IMG/VR virus record: IMGVR_UViG_3300050333_000165
Location: 39,139 to 103,138 of that record
From: a virus
Taxonomy: Duplodnaviria > Caudoviricetes
Strand: one strand, 5' to 3'
Length of the DNA stretch: 64,000 bases
The notes below the pieces were generated by a model, which saw only the letters and a list, made by a program, of their open reading frames with translations, did no database searches and was not told the origin of the DNA. Within the stretch, counting starts at the first letter, position 1; each line of letters starts with the position of its first letter. Positions 47,726 through 56,785 of the stretch are shown piece by piece. Made by a program: the position numbers and the translations under genes.

Positions 47726-49156
47726 TTAAGCCTTGATCTCCACGATGACCTGGATCAGGAAGTTCTGAAAGTCCCGCGACATATCCGTCGCCCCGGTAAC
47801 GTAGTGGGCCACCTCTTCCAGGGCGGTTTGCAGCAGGTACTTGTTGACCGCGGTGGCGATGTCTTCCTTGAAGTAGACCTTGCCGTCGCGGCAGAAGCCC
47901 ATCGTCTCACAGCCCGCCTGCATACACTCTCTGAAGCACGCCGCGGTCGGCTTCTTCTTGCCCTGCGTCAAGTTGGCCTGTTGGAGCCACGCCCACACGA
48001 TGTCTACCGCCTTGATGGCGGCGTCGGTCGCCGGGAGAATCTGCTTCCCGTTGCTCTCGTGTCCATCTAGGACCGAGGCGGCCGTCTTGACTCCACAGCG
48101 GGCGGCGGCCGTGATCCAGGACGGGGCCTTCGTCGGCTTAGGACGAAATCCCTTCTTCTCGACAAACTCGGCCGTGTGACTCAGGCTGGCGTCGCACAGG
48201 ACCGCGTTGGGGCCAGCCGCCAACTCCCACGCCTGTTGCCACGCTTCTTTCTGGACGGGCTCGGGGTCCGAATAGGACGGGGCCATGTAGTACGAGTCGA
48301 AGGTCGCCTCGTAGCTCTGCTCCTGGGCGACAAGGCTCCTGAACACTGGGGCAAGCTGCTGGGCCGTGGCCTTGCGAAACAAACGGGCCGCCGCACCTTT
48401 GATGTCGTACTCGCTTGAGTTGCGGGACTCGTCCAGCCGCAGTTCGCCGTCGTGGAAATTGTAGTCGTAGACCGACGCCTCTTCGTCTTCCGCGATCTCG
48501 CGGACCAGGACGCCCTCCTTGTAGACCATTGCCGTCCGTTTGCCGCAGAGGTTCCGGTCGGCCTTTGGCAAGAGCGACTCCTTCACCAGCGACGGGTTGC
48601 CAGAGAAGTGCAGAAACCGCCGGGGTAATTCGCCGTAGAACCGTTGGACATCCGGGTTCACTTCAACAAACACCCGAGTGTAGCCGTCCCTCGCCCGCAC
48701 CGCGCCATCCTCGACGATGGCGACCCGCAGGTCTTCGCTGAGCAATGCCGGAAGGAAGTCGGCCTTCTCCCGCACCGTGCGGTCGATGGCATTGGCGACA
48801 AACTCCCGCAGGGCCATCGACAGGTCGGTCCAGTCGATCGCGCCGAAGTCCAGGCACCAGCCCATGTCGAGCGTCTTGCTGCTGGTCCCGCCCAGCTTGC
48901 AGACGACGCGCTTGATATTCTTCGTCACCAGGCCGTCGCGGATCGTCTCGTCGCGCGTGGCGAATTCCAGGCGGGTCTTGCCGCAGTAAATCAGCAGCTT
49001 CAGTCCCGCGCGAAGCAGGGTGTTGATGGCGTGCTTCGCTCCACTGCCGAATTGGCCGATGGTGCCCGCCACGCCGCAGTCGCGGGTGGTCGAGACGCCG
49101 AGCAGGGTGAAGCCCTCCACGGGAGCTACGCCGGGATTCTGGATACACAGGAACAT
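47726..49156 (-). CDS. GHKL-type ATPase with C-terminal HExxH-like motif
   Basis: IGQFGSGAK; ALREFVANAID; C-terminal LEEVAHY. Confidence 0.7.
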   Translation of the reverse strand: MFLCIQNPGVAPVEGFTLLGVSTTRDCGVAGTIGQFGSGAKHAINTLLRAGLKLLIYCGKTRLEFATRDETIRDGLVTKNIKRVVCKLGGTSSKTLDMGWCLDFGAIDWTDLSMALREFVANAIDRTVREKADFLPALLSEDLRVAIVEDGAVRARDGYTRVFVEVNPDVQRFYGELPRRFLHFSGNPSLVKESLLPKADRNLCGKRTAMVYKEGVLVREIAEDEEASVYDYNFHDGELRLDESRNSSEYDIKGAAARLFRKATAQQLAPVFRSLVAQEQSYEATFDSYYMAPSYSDPEPVQKEAWQQAWELAAGPNAVLCDASLSHTAEFVEKKGFRPKPTKAPSWITAAARCGVKTAASVLDGHESNGKQILPATDAAIKAVDIVWAWLQQANLTQGKKKPTAACFRECMQAGCETMGFCRDGKVYFKEDIATAVNKYLLQTALEEVAHYVTGATDMSRDFQNFLIQVIVEIKA

Positions 49157-49180
49157 AGATGTTGTCTCACAGGTGTCAAT

Positions 49181-49789
49181 TCAGTCTTCACTCCGGTTTT
49201 GTGCGGCCCGGACCTCGCAGCCTTCCTCGAACATTTGGCCTCCGCAGGCGCACGTGGGCGTGCCGGCCTCGTCGAGCCACTTGCGGGTCATGCGGACCAC
49301 ACAGCCGCACTCTTTGCAGGCGACCTTCAACATGCGCGTCGATTGCTTGGGCGGCGCGTTGGAGTGCTTCAACTCGGCGTGCGGATACGGGCCAATGGCG
49401 TCGGCAACTTCTCGCAGCCGGGCCGTCAGTGCCTCGCCCGCGTGCGTGGCGGTCATCTTCCCTTCGAGGCCGACGGCCTTGGCCAGCTTGGGGAACTTGC
49501 CCTTGTGGCCTTCTTCGATGCCAACGGCGCAATGGACCAACTCGTGAACCAGAGTGGCCGCCACCTCCAACGGGCCTTTCAGCACGGGCGAAATGAAGAC
49601 CTCGAATGAGTTGTCGCCGCTGTTCTTTGCCGACCACGCCTCGCCGATCCGCCGCTTCTTGTTGGCCAGACCGCTCTTGCTCGGCCACGAACACGAGGCA
49701 CGGATCTTCTCCGGCAGGGAGCCGCCAAGCTGCTCGAAGTCCGGCCGAAGTTGCTGGATGCACTCAGAAAGCCATTGCTCTCGATTCAC
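49181..49789 (-). CDS. SprT-like zinc metalloprotease
   Basis: TLVHELVH...GH...F; C-terminal CKECG...PTCACG. Confidence 0.8.
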   Translation of the reverse strand: MNREQWLSECIQQLRPDFEQLGGSLPEKIRASCSWPSKSGLANKKRRIGEAWSAKNSGDNSFEVFISPVLKGPLEVAATLVHELVHCAVGIEEGHKGKFPKLAKAVGLEGKMTATHAGEALTARLREVADAIGPYPHAELKHSNAPPKQSTRMLKVACKECGCVVRMTRKWLDEAGTPTCACGGQMFEEGCEVRAAQNRSED

Positions 49790-49802
49790 GGATGCGTCTC
49801 CC

Positions 49803-50570
49803 CTAGTAGCTCGCGGCGCAGGCCAGGATCGGTTGCGTCTTGTTGCCCAGGTATTCCTCGCCCAAATAGCGGTCGATCAGCCGCCACACTGTTCCCTTCG
49901 TAAAAGGCTTGCGATCCCGGCGAGTCGTAAAGCCATCGGCGTTTAGCAGGGCGGCAATCTCGTCGAGCGACTTGCCCTCGTCGCGCCACCGCTTCATCTT
50001 CGGAACAACCACGTCGCTGTAGTGGTCCCTCGCGGCCTGGGCGTTGACGGCCGATCCCATCGGCTGAGCCTTTGTGATTCCGGCCTGCCGCAGGTGCTCG
50101 CGGCCGTCCCAATGGCCCTCCCGCGCCGAACCCAGCTTCACGCCACGCGCCGCCGCCCTCTCCAAGGCGACCGTCGTCCGCTCGCTGATCTTGCGGGCCT
50201 CCTCTTCCGCGATCGCGGCCTCGATGTGCAGCCGGAAAGGATCGGCTCCGGGCCGGTCGGCACAATCGAAGGGGACGCCCGACTCCATCAGGCCGCTGAT
50301 GAAATGCACGTTGCGGGCAAGCCGGTCCAGCTTGGCAATTATCAGTTTGGCCCCGGTCGTGCGAACATGGATCAACGCTTCGGCGAGCCTCGGCCGGTCG
50401 GCCCGTTTCCCCGTCTCCACTTCGACGTACTCGGCGATGATCGTTGCCCCGTCGTGGGCGGCCAGCTCGCGGACGGCCTTCTGCTGCGCTTCGAGCCCCA
50501 GGCCGCTCTCGCCTTGCTTCTTCGTACTGACCCGATAGTAGGCGACGTACTTCTTGAGGATGATGCTCAC
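49803..50570 (-). CDS. Small serine recombinase (resolvase/invertase), intact
   Basis: YYRVSTKKQ..SGLGLEAQ; RPRL; KLDRLARN; ISERT; RGVKLG; C-terminal HTH. Confidence 0.92.
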   Translation of the reverse strand: MSIILKKYVAYYRVSTKKQGESGLGLEAQQKAVRELAAHDGATIIAEYVEVETGKRADRPRLAEALIHVRTTGAKLIIAKLDRLARNVHFISGLMESGVPFDCADRPGADPFRLHIEAAIAEEEARKISERTTVALERAAARGVKLGSAREGHWDGREHLRQAGITKAQPMGSAVNAQAARDHYSDVVVPKMKRWRDEGKSLDEIAALLNADGFTTRRDRKPFTKGTVWRLIDRYLGEEYLGNKTQPILACAASY

Positions 50571-50609
50571 GGTGCTGTCTCCAGTTGGCTTCACGCTCCG
50601 ACTCACTTT

Positions 50610-50637
50610 AGTATGTATCAGAAGACGTGAAAGTCAA
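50610..50637 (-). promoter_or_regulatory. Sigma70-like early promoter
   Basis: TTGACT-N16-CATACT; closely similar to copies at 61411-61437 and 62980-63007. Confidence 0.65.
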
Positions 50638-50995
50638 TGGCCAGCTTACGCAAGCCCCCCCAGATTCTCACGGCCGAGCGATTCTGGCGACCAAGACGAC
50701 GCTGCCTTGGCGGACAACTTGGGCACCCAAGAGACCTGCTCGATGCCCTTAGAGACAGTCTTGGCTGGCGAAACTCGGGCTCTCCCTACCCATAGACTGC
50801 TCAAAGGCTCTGCAAATGGAGGCCGGGAGGCGAAATCCGAGGCAGATGGGCAGAATTCCGCCGGTGCAACCGCTACGGTTCGTGCATCCCTGCATGGGCG
50901 TCGAGCAGGTTGCGGGGAAGGAACGCGGTGTGCCCAGAAGGTCGGTGAATCGAAGCACAGGACCGCGGCAGAGGCATCTTCGAGGAGGCCGTCTC

Positions 50996-51316
50996 TTACG
51001 TGCCCTGCTCACGAGGGCGGGCCTTCCTGAGCCGGTCCTTCGCCTGTGTGGCGGGGCGGAAGATCGCATACGCCTGGCATCGTTCCTCGGCGTTCCGGTA
51101 AATCCGCGGGTACTTCTTGTCGAACGCTGAGCGGTACATTGCCTCGCGCGTGGCCCGAGCCGCCAGCCGGTCGATCTCACGGTCGTCCCGTGCGTTCGGC
51201 CCAGTGAGCAACCCCATCAGGGCCTTGCGGTACTGCTTGTCGAACTCGGCGCGTCTCGCCATCTCCTGACGAATGATGTCATCCTCGGTATCGGTCGTCG
51301 CTGTCGCGTGACCCAT
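50996..51316 (-). CDS. Hypothetical protein
   Basis: GC3-rich helical ORF starting MGHATATTD. Confidence 0.5.
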   Translation of the reverse strand: MGHATATTDTEDDIIRQEMARRAEFDKQYRKALMGLLTGPNARDDREIDRLAARATREAMYRSAFDKKYPRIYRNAEERCQAYAIFRPATQAKDRLRKARPREQGT

Positions 51317-51368
51317 CGCTGTTTGTCGATTGCGCTTATCGGGAGCAACCATAGGGACCGCCTGAAAT

Positions 51369-51402
51369 GAAAAAAGGGAGCGCCGAAACTGAGCCTGCTC
51401 CC
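51369..51402 (-). terminator. Intrinsic terminator
   Basis: Minus strand GGGAGC...GCTCCC stem followed by TTTTTT. Confidence 0.55.
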
Positions 51403-51648
51403 AGAACCCCGACCAAGGGGTAGAAGAAAACAGCACCCAGCCCGACGCTCCCCCAGACGGGGAGCGTGGGCCAAGTAGCTGCTATTCTTCTTCAAGAGCC
51501 TGAACGGCTCAGGTTGGTCGTTTTCTGGGAAGCAGATACTTGACGCTCGCGCGCCAATTCAAGTTGTCGTCGATCTTATTTCATGCAGCACTCACTGTCA
51601 GTTGGTGTATCGCGCGTACCAGTCGCCCTCGCTTCCGGTACGCGAGCC

Positions 51649-52068
51649 TCATTCGTATCCGAATCGTTTTCTGAAGTCAGGATCGGTGCGTTTCATCACC
51701 AGGTTCAGGTACACGTTGTTGGAATCCTCGGCCCCGGCCAGCTTCCGTTTCCACTGGTTGACGATGTGCCGGGTTACGCCCCAATAGTGGGCGACGGTCA
51801 ACTCGTCCTCCTCGCAGACCGCCCGGACCAGATCGCCGCAGAGGATCGGCAGCAGCGACTCGTGCCGGCCCTTGTTGTAGTTCGAGCCCGGCCAGGGGAT
51901 CGGCGCGTCGGTCATGCCGTCCACTTTCACGTCGCCCCGGTACTCGTCGTACAGAACCGCGCCGACGTTGACGGTGGGCGGCCGATAGGGACCGGCCCGC
52001 CACTTGTACTGGTAGGGCGGCGGGAACTTCGCCGTCGCTTTCTTCTCGCCCGTTCCCTTCCGCTTCAT
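51649..52068 (-). CDS. Hypothetical HTH-like protein
   Basis: VAHYWGVTRHIVNQWKRKL. Confidence 0.6.
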   Translation of the reverse strand: MKRKGTGEKKATAKFPPPYQYKWRAGPYRPPTVNVGAVLYDEYRGDVKVDGMTDAPIPWPGSNYNKGRHESLLPILCGDLVRAVCEEDELTVAHYWGVTRHIVNQWKRKLAGAEDSNNVYLNLVMKRTDPDFRKRFGYE

Positions 52069-52080
52069 GGCAACACCCGT

Positions 52081-52824
52081 CTAGCGAGCAACCTGGGCCA
52101 TTTTCCGCTTGTTGTTCCCAAGCCATTCCTTGCCCAAGTAGCGCTGAATCAGCCGCCACACGGCGGTCTGCGTGAAAGGCTTGCCGGCCGTCGTGGTGTG
52201 CCCTTGTTGATTGAGCCAATCGACGATCTCGGGCAGGGTCTCGCCCCGCTCCCGCCGGGCCTTGATCTCCGGCATGAGGAAGGCATACGTGTTCCGGGTC
52301 CGCGCCCGCTTCTTCTTCGCCGCCGCGGCGATCGCCTTCTTGGTCCCACGCCGATGCTCGCGGCCCTCCCAATGCCCAGGGCGATTGGACCCGAGCTTCA
52401 CGCCTCGGGCCGACGCAGCCGCCAGGGAGTTCCTCACCCGATCACTCACCTTGCGGGATTCCTCTTCGGCGGTTGCTGCCATGACGTGGATCGTCAGGCG
52501 ATTGGCGTGCGGGGCATCGCAGCACACGAAGTCCACGCCGCTATTGAGCATCGCCCGAGTAAAGGGAACGTTGCGACTCAGGCGGCCGAGGAAGGCGACG
52601 ACTATCGTAGCCTCTGACCGGATCGCGTGTTCGATGGCCTTGGCCAACTCCGGCCGGACCTCCTGGGGATCGGTCCACCGCTGCTCCTTCTCCGTGTACA
52701 CACCCAAAGCGGTGCCCTCGTTGAAGCGGACCAGACGCCGGGCCGCTTCCTCCTGCGTTGACGGATCGGGATGGGTGGAGCCCTTCTTCGGCCAGCGCCG
52801 GCAGTAGATGATATACTTCTTCAT
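52081..52824 (-). CDS. Small serine recombinase paralog with degenerate active site
   Basis: YCRRW replaces YxRxS and GRLSR replaces DRLxR; the rest aligns with 49803-50570. Confidence 0.85.
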   Translation of the reverse strand: MKKYIIYCRRWPKKGSTHPDPSTQEEAARRLVRFNEGTALGVYTEKEQRWTDPQEVRPELAKAIEHAIRSEATIVVAFLGRLSRNVPFTRAMLNSGVDFVCCDAPHANRLTIHVMAATAEEESRKVSDRVRNSLAAASARGVKLGSNRPGHWEGREHRRGTKKAIAAAAKKKRARTRNTYAFLMPEIKARRERGETLPEIVDWLNQQGHTTTAGKPFTQTAVWRLIQRYLGKEWLGNNKRKMAQVAR

Positions 52825-52878
52825 GCCCTTGGAGTGCCTCTCTTGCCTCGTTGTTACCACCGCACGCTTCCTGCTGGA

Positions 52879-52906
52879 ATCTTACACTACAGTTGTCTAA
52901 AGTCAA
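52879..52906 (-). promoter_or_regulatory. Sigma70-like promoter
   Basis: TTGACT-N16-TAAGAT upstream of the degenerate recombinase. Confidence 0.55.
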
Positions 52907-52989
52907 GGAACGGTCTTGATTCTCCCGAAGCTTTGGGTATCCTAACAGAACAAACACAATGACCAGACACAGTGTTTGGGATGGACGTA

Positions 52990-53364
52990 ATGACCACAAC
53001 GATCAGTCCGATGCTGCGGCTCTTTCAGGAAGGGGCCGCGACCTACCAGCCGGACGGCCTAGCCCTTGAATCGGGCGACCCGCAGGTGTCACTGGAGAAC
53101 ATCCGGCGACTCATGGCAACCGGTTTGGTCATCCGGGACATCCTCGTCGGCTCGGCCGGCGTACTCGTGCTGTTCCGCGATGGCGAGCAATTCTACGCCA
53201 CCGGCCTACGGGTCGGCACCAGCAACGCGGCGACCGAGGCCCTGGCCCGGATCGCCGCTGAGGCGAGTTTCGGACCTTTTGAGCGACTGCTGCCTTTCTA
53301 CCAACACCTGCCCGCGTCTTATAGCGGGCAACTGCCGGACGTGTTCCCAGAGCCGACCGAGTGA
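52990..53364 (+). CDS. Hypothetical protein
   Basis: Divergent ORF with coding-like bias. Confidence 0.55.
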   Translation: MTTTISPMLRLFQEGAATYQPDGLALESGDPQVSLENIRRLMATGLVIRDILVGSAGVLVLFRDGEQFYATGLRVGTSNAATEALARIAAEASFGPFERLLPFYQHLPASYSGQLPDVFPEPTE

Positions 53365-54099
53365 TAGCTCTCGGGTCTTCGGCCGGGATTACCAATTTCA
53401 ATTACCATTCCCGGTCGGCTTCTTCGGCTCTAAGCCATTGGCGTCGAGAAGGTTGCGGCGATCCAGCCTCGACCGATGACCGTTTTTGGCCCCGCCGCAC
53501 ATTACGGATATATGCGCGCTATGTGATTTGCGCTTATGGCTTCTTGCAGGTATCTATAGTGTGTAGAAAGGGTAATTATGGGTAATTGAGTCATCCCGGT
53601 TTCCGCAACCTCTGGCCCCGTTTGAAGTTCCGTCCTGCTCCCTGGGACGCGGCCGATTACTCATTTTCTTCCCGCCCTCGGGTGGACGGCGTTGATCGAA
53701 ACATCATCACGCTTCTCTGCGCGGTGGCCTTCTGACCTCCCCACCACCCCGGCTTCGGGCGGCATCGGTCGTGATGCCAGCCTGGAAGGCCGCGTCAGAC
53801 CCTAATCTCGCTCGGCGACCAGGGAAGAAGGAGCAGCCACCTGCGCCGATTTTGCCGGTTGGATCGGTCGTGACGGTTTTGACCCCACCCGGCCCCACCT
53901 GGTCGCAGCAACCTCCTCGATTCTCGATACAATCGCCACAACTCGCACGATTAGCGTGGGTTGCATTCGTGTTGTTGCCCGTCAACAGGCGCGCAACCGG
54001 CCGCAAAACAGGCCAGAAGCTAGGCTGGATTGCAGCGATTGCACCTGGTCCTGACGATTCCGCGGGTGATGCCGATCGAATCGGGTGCGTGGCCGCGCG

Positions 54100-54157
54100 G
54101 CGCGGTTACGTAACCGCGCGGTAACGTAACCGCGCGTAACCGCGCGCTAACCGCGCG
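54100..54157. repeat. 20-bp perfect palindrome plus four TAACCGCGCG direct repeats
   Basis: GCGCGGTTAC|GTAACCGCGC at 54100-54119; TAACCGCGCG at 54111, 54127, 54137, 54148. Confidence 0.9.
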
Positions 54158-54293
54158 TGACGGGGCGCAACATCGGCCCCCGCCTTACCTTCTCGATTCT
54201 GAGATTCTGGAAACCTAACGGCCTATGTATCCGGCCGTTATGGCAACCGGGAAACAGAGAAACAGAGCAACAGAGAATCGAGAAGGTTTCGCG

Positions 54294-54485
54294 TTGCCGG
54301 CCCGTGGTGCTGCCGGTCAAGATCGGCCCCACGCTCCCGGCCGGTCACTCGGGAAGCATTGCCGGCCCCGTGGTGCTGCCGGCGCTTTTCCGGCGCTTTC
54401 CGGCGCGCTCCCCACGCTCCCGGCCCGTGGTGCTGCCGGCCCGTCACTCGGGAAGCGTTGCCGGCCCGTGGTGCTGCCGGCCCGT
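54294..54485 (+). repeat. Modular GC-rich repeat block A
   Basis: Modules CCCGTGGTGCTGCCGG, CCCCACGCTCCCGG, GTCACTCGGGAAGC(A/G)TTGCCGG shared with block B. Confidence 0.9.
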
Positions 54486-54565
54486 TAAATCGGCACTGAA
54501 GGCGCAACCTGCCCGATTCTGGTTTCCACGTGCCGAATTCCGGCCGGAATGCGAGGTTCGCGCAT

Positions 54566-54593
54566 TTGCTTCTAGTCTGAAGAAGTGTAATGT
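54566..54593 (+). promoter_or_regulatory. Sigma70-like promoter for the + strand early operon
   Basis: TTGCTT-N16-TAATGT upstream of ATG 54647. Confidence 0.4.
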
Positions 54594-54646
54594 GGAATAG
54601 AGACTTACTTACACTTCTTCTGACACACCACCACGGAGCTTGCACC

Positions 54647-54811
54647 ATGAGTAAGAAGCATTTTCGGGCGCTTGCCGATGCAATCGCCAGCATTGCCGAC
54701 AGCGCGGAACGGGAGCGCGCGGCCCGTTTAGTTGCCGATGTGTGCATCGGTTTCAACGGCCGTTTCGACCGCGGGCGGTTCTATCGCGCGTGTGGGGTGG
54801 AGGGCTACTAA
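54647..54811 (+). CDS. Small phage early-type protein
   Basis: MSKKHF..LA...N.RFD..RF..AC pattern; GGAG RBS. Confidence 0.7.
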   Translation: MSKKHFRALADAIASIADSAERERAARLVADVCIGFNGRFDRGRFYRACGVEGY

Positions 54812-54812
54812 C

Positions 54813-55013
54813 ATGCGATACGACTATTACACGGTTGAAGTTCCGGGGGATTGTGGGGATTCCATTTTCGACCTCGGGTTTCTCGCAATTCGGCAAGCAG
54901 AAGAGCGCGCCCGATTGCATTGTATCCCCGCCCATTGGACGGCGCAGCCTATCAGCGGGAAGGCGGGGGATGTGACGGTCCGGTTTCAAGTTCGTCGGAA
55001 GCGCGCGGCATAG
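54813..55013 (+). CDS. Hypothetical protein
   Basis: GGAGG RBS; directly follows the upstream stop. Confidence 0.55.
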   Translation: MRYDYYTVEVPGDCGDSIFDLGFLAIRQAEERARLHCIPAHWTAQPISGKAGDVTVRFQVRRKRAA

Positions 55014-55035
55014 CAACACCATTGGAGCAACACCT

Positions 55036-56286
55036 ATGAAGACAGCAACACAACGGCCGGTTTCTCTGCGCGTGGGGGAATTCCAAGTCGAGACACTCGG
55101 GGTCGAATACCCCGATTACTTCCAAGGTTTCGGACTTGGCCCCCGGTCTGAGTTCAACTACTGCGCGTATGGCATCGGGGATACTGAGGAGGAGGCGTTT
55201 CAAGACTGTCTGGAAATGGTGGCGCAACAGGGTTTCGATGTGGACGATGAAACCGAAGCGCGGATTCGGGAGGGGTACGGGCCGGTTGACGATGAGACTA
55301 CCGCGGCCGAATACCTTGACCTGGAAGAATTCGAGGATTCCCCCGCCTACGTCCACATCGGTATCAAGTGGAACTGCCAGCAAGAAGAGCGCTTGGAGCG
55401 CATCAAGAAGCTTGCCAACCTGGAATTCCTCCACTATCAGGATTACTGCCCGCAAGGCCCCTCCGCGCAGTATTCGGGGCTTCAGGAGTGGGGCTACACG
55501 CGCCGTATCGACCCCGATAGCAAAACGGTTTCCTACGGGGACTTGATGAAACCGGCCGAGTGCCCTGATTCGGCCGTTGCCTACCTGGAGGCGCTTTCGA
55601 CCGATGGAACCGAAGAAGGCGAACTCTACTTCTTCTTGCGCTACGCTAGCGGTTCCGACTACTCCGGTTCCACGGTGGAGAAGGCGAACTGCCGGGAGTT
55701 CCTAGAATCCTACGGGGAGGAGGGCTTTGTTTGGGAGGCGCACGGGGGCCACAACACCTATGCCGTTGTACTCGGGTTGACGGGGCTTCTGGAATGCGCT
55801 GAAGATACCTTTGATGCGATTCTCGGCATTGTCGAGGGGTTGGAAGATTACCCCCTTATCGACGATGAGGCGCTTTCCAACCTGGAAATGGAAGGGGCCG
55901 ATGAGGCGTGGGATTCGTGGGTTGCGGGGGACTTCCGGCGCGCTCTGGAGAAGAAGTTTGATGGGGTCGAATTCGAGTGGCCTTCTGATTCCGACCTGCG
56001 CGCGTTCTTTGAGAAGAAGGCGGAGGAGGCCAACGAATACTGGTTCAATGAGGGATACGGGCCGGATATGTACATCCGGGTTGACAAGATTGTCGAGGGT
56101 ATCGACCTGGATTGTCTCCGGGACTATACGGTTCTCTTCGTTGTGGCCTACATCGACGTAGGGCAGGAGACTGAGGAGTTTGCCTCGGAATCCGAAGCTA
56201 TCGAGCGCGTCGATTCTCTCCGCGCTGCCGGTTTCATCGGGGCAAGCTATACCGTGGTTTCCCCCGTCAAGCAAAGCGCCAAGTAG
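55036..56286 (+). CDS. Highly acidic hypothetical protein
   Basis: About 90 D+E in 416 aa by hand count; aromatic-rich; GGAG RBS. Confidence 0.8.
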   Translation: MKTATQRPVSLRVGEFQVETLGVEYPDYFQGFGLGPRSEFNYCAYGIGDTEEEAFQDCLEMVAQQGFDVDDETEARIREGYGPVDDETTAAEYLDLEEFEDSPAYVHIGIKWNCQQEERLERIKKLANLEFLHYQDYCPQGPSAQYSGLQEWGYTRRIDPDSKTVSYGDLMKPAECPDSAVAYLEALSTDGTEEGELYFFLRYASGSDYSGSTVEKANCREFLESYGEEGFVWEAHGGHNTYAVVLGLTGLLECAEDTFDAILGIVEGLEDYPLIDDEALSNLEMEGADEAWDSWVAGDFRRALEKKFDGVEFEWPSDSDLRAFFEKKAEEANEYWFNEGYGPDMYIRVDKIVEGIDLDCLRDYTVLFVVAYIDVGQETEEFASESEAIERVDSLRAAGFIGASYTVVSPVKQSAK

Positions 56287-56370
56287 CCCCGTCACTCGGG
56301 AGCGCTGCCGGTCAACCGATCGGTAGCGCTCCTGTTCTGTCTTATCGCAACGCCTAATGAGGAGACTCCC

Positions 56371-56766
56371 ATGAGTTCGCATCGGTTCGTTTGTGCCCAT
56401 TGTGGTCAAGAGAAAACCCACGTCAACCCCAATGGTTGCGGCGGAACGGGCTACGCCACCTATCGGATGGACGGGATAGAGAAGAAGGTTTGCTACGCTT
56501 GTTGCGCCAAGGAGATACTGGCGTACATGCGCGATACGGGGCGCGCGGTTCTCTACTTGACAGAGGGGCCGGACGGTTCCGCGGTAACAGACTGGCCGGG
56601 TGTTCTGAAGTTCCAAGTTCGGCGCAAGCGCATCGGTTCTCACAACCTTGCCGGCCGGCGCGTCGATGTGTGGTTCACTGATTCTGACGGCCGGGAATGG
56701 CATGGGGTCAACTACGGTGATAACTCGCAATTGTGCCATTGCCGCCGGTTACGCGCCGTAGCATGA
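56371..56766 (+). CDS. Hypothetical Zn-binding protein
   Basis: CAHCG...GTGYA...CYACC; GAGGAG RBS. Confidence 0.7.
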   Translation: MSSHRFVCAHCGQEKTHVNPNGCGGTGYATYRMDGIEKKVCYACCAKEILAYMRDTGRAVLYLTEGPDGSAVTDWPGVLKFQVRRKRIGSHNLAGRRVDVWFTDSDGREWHGVNYGDNSQLCHCRRLRAVA

Positions 56767-56785
56767 TATTCGCGCTGATTCTCTG

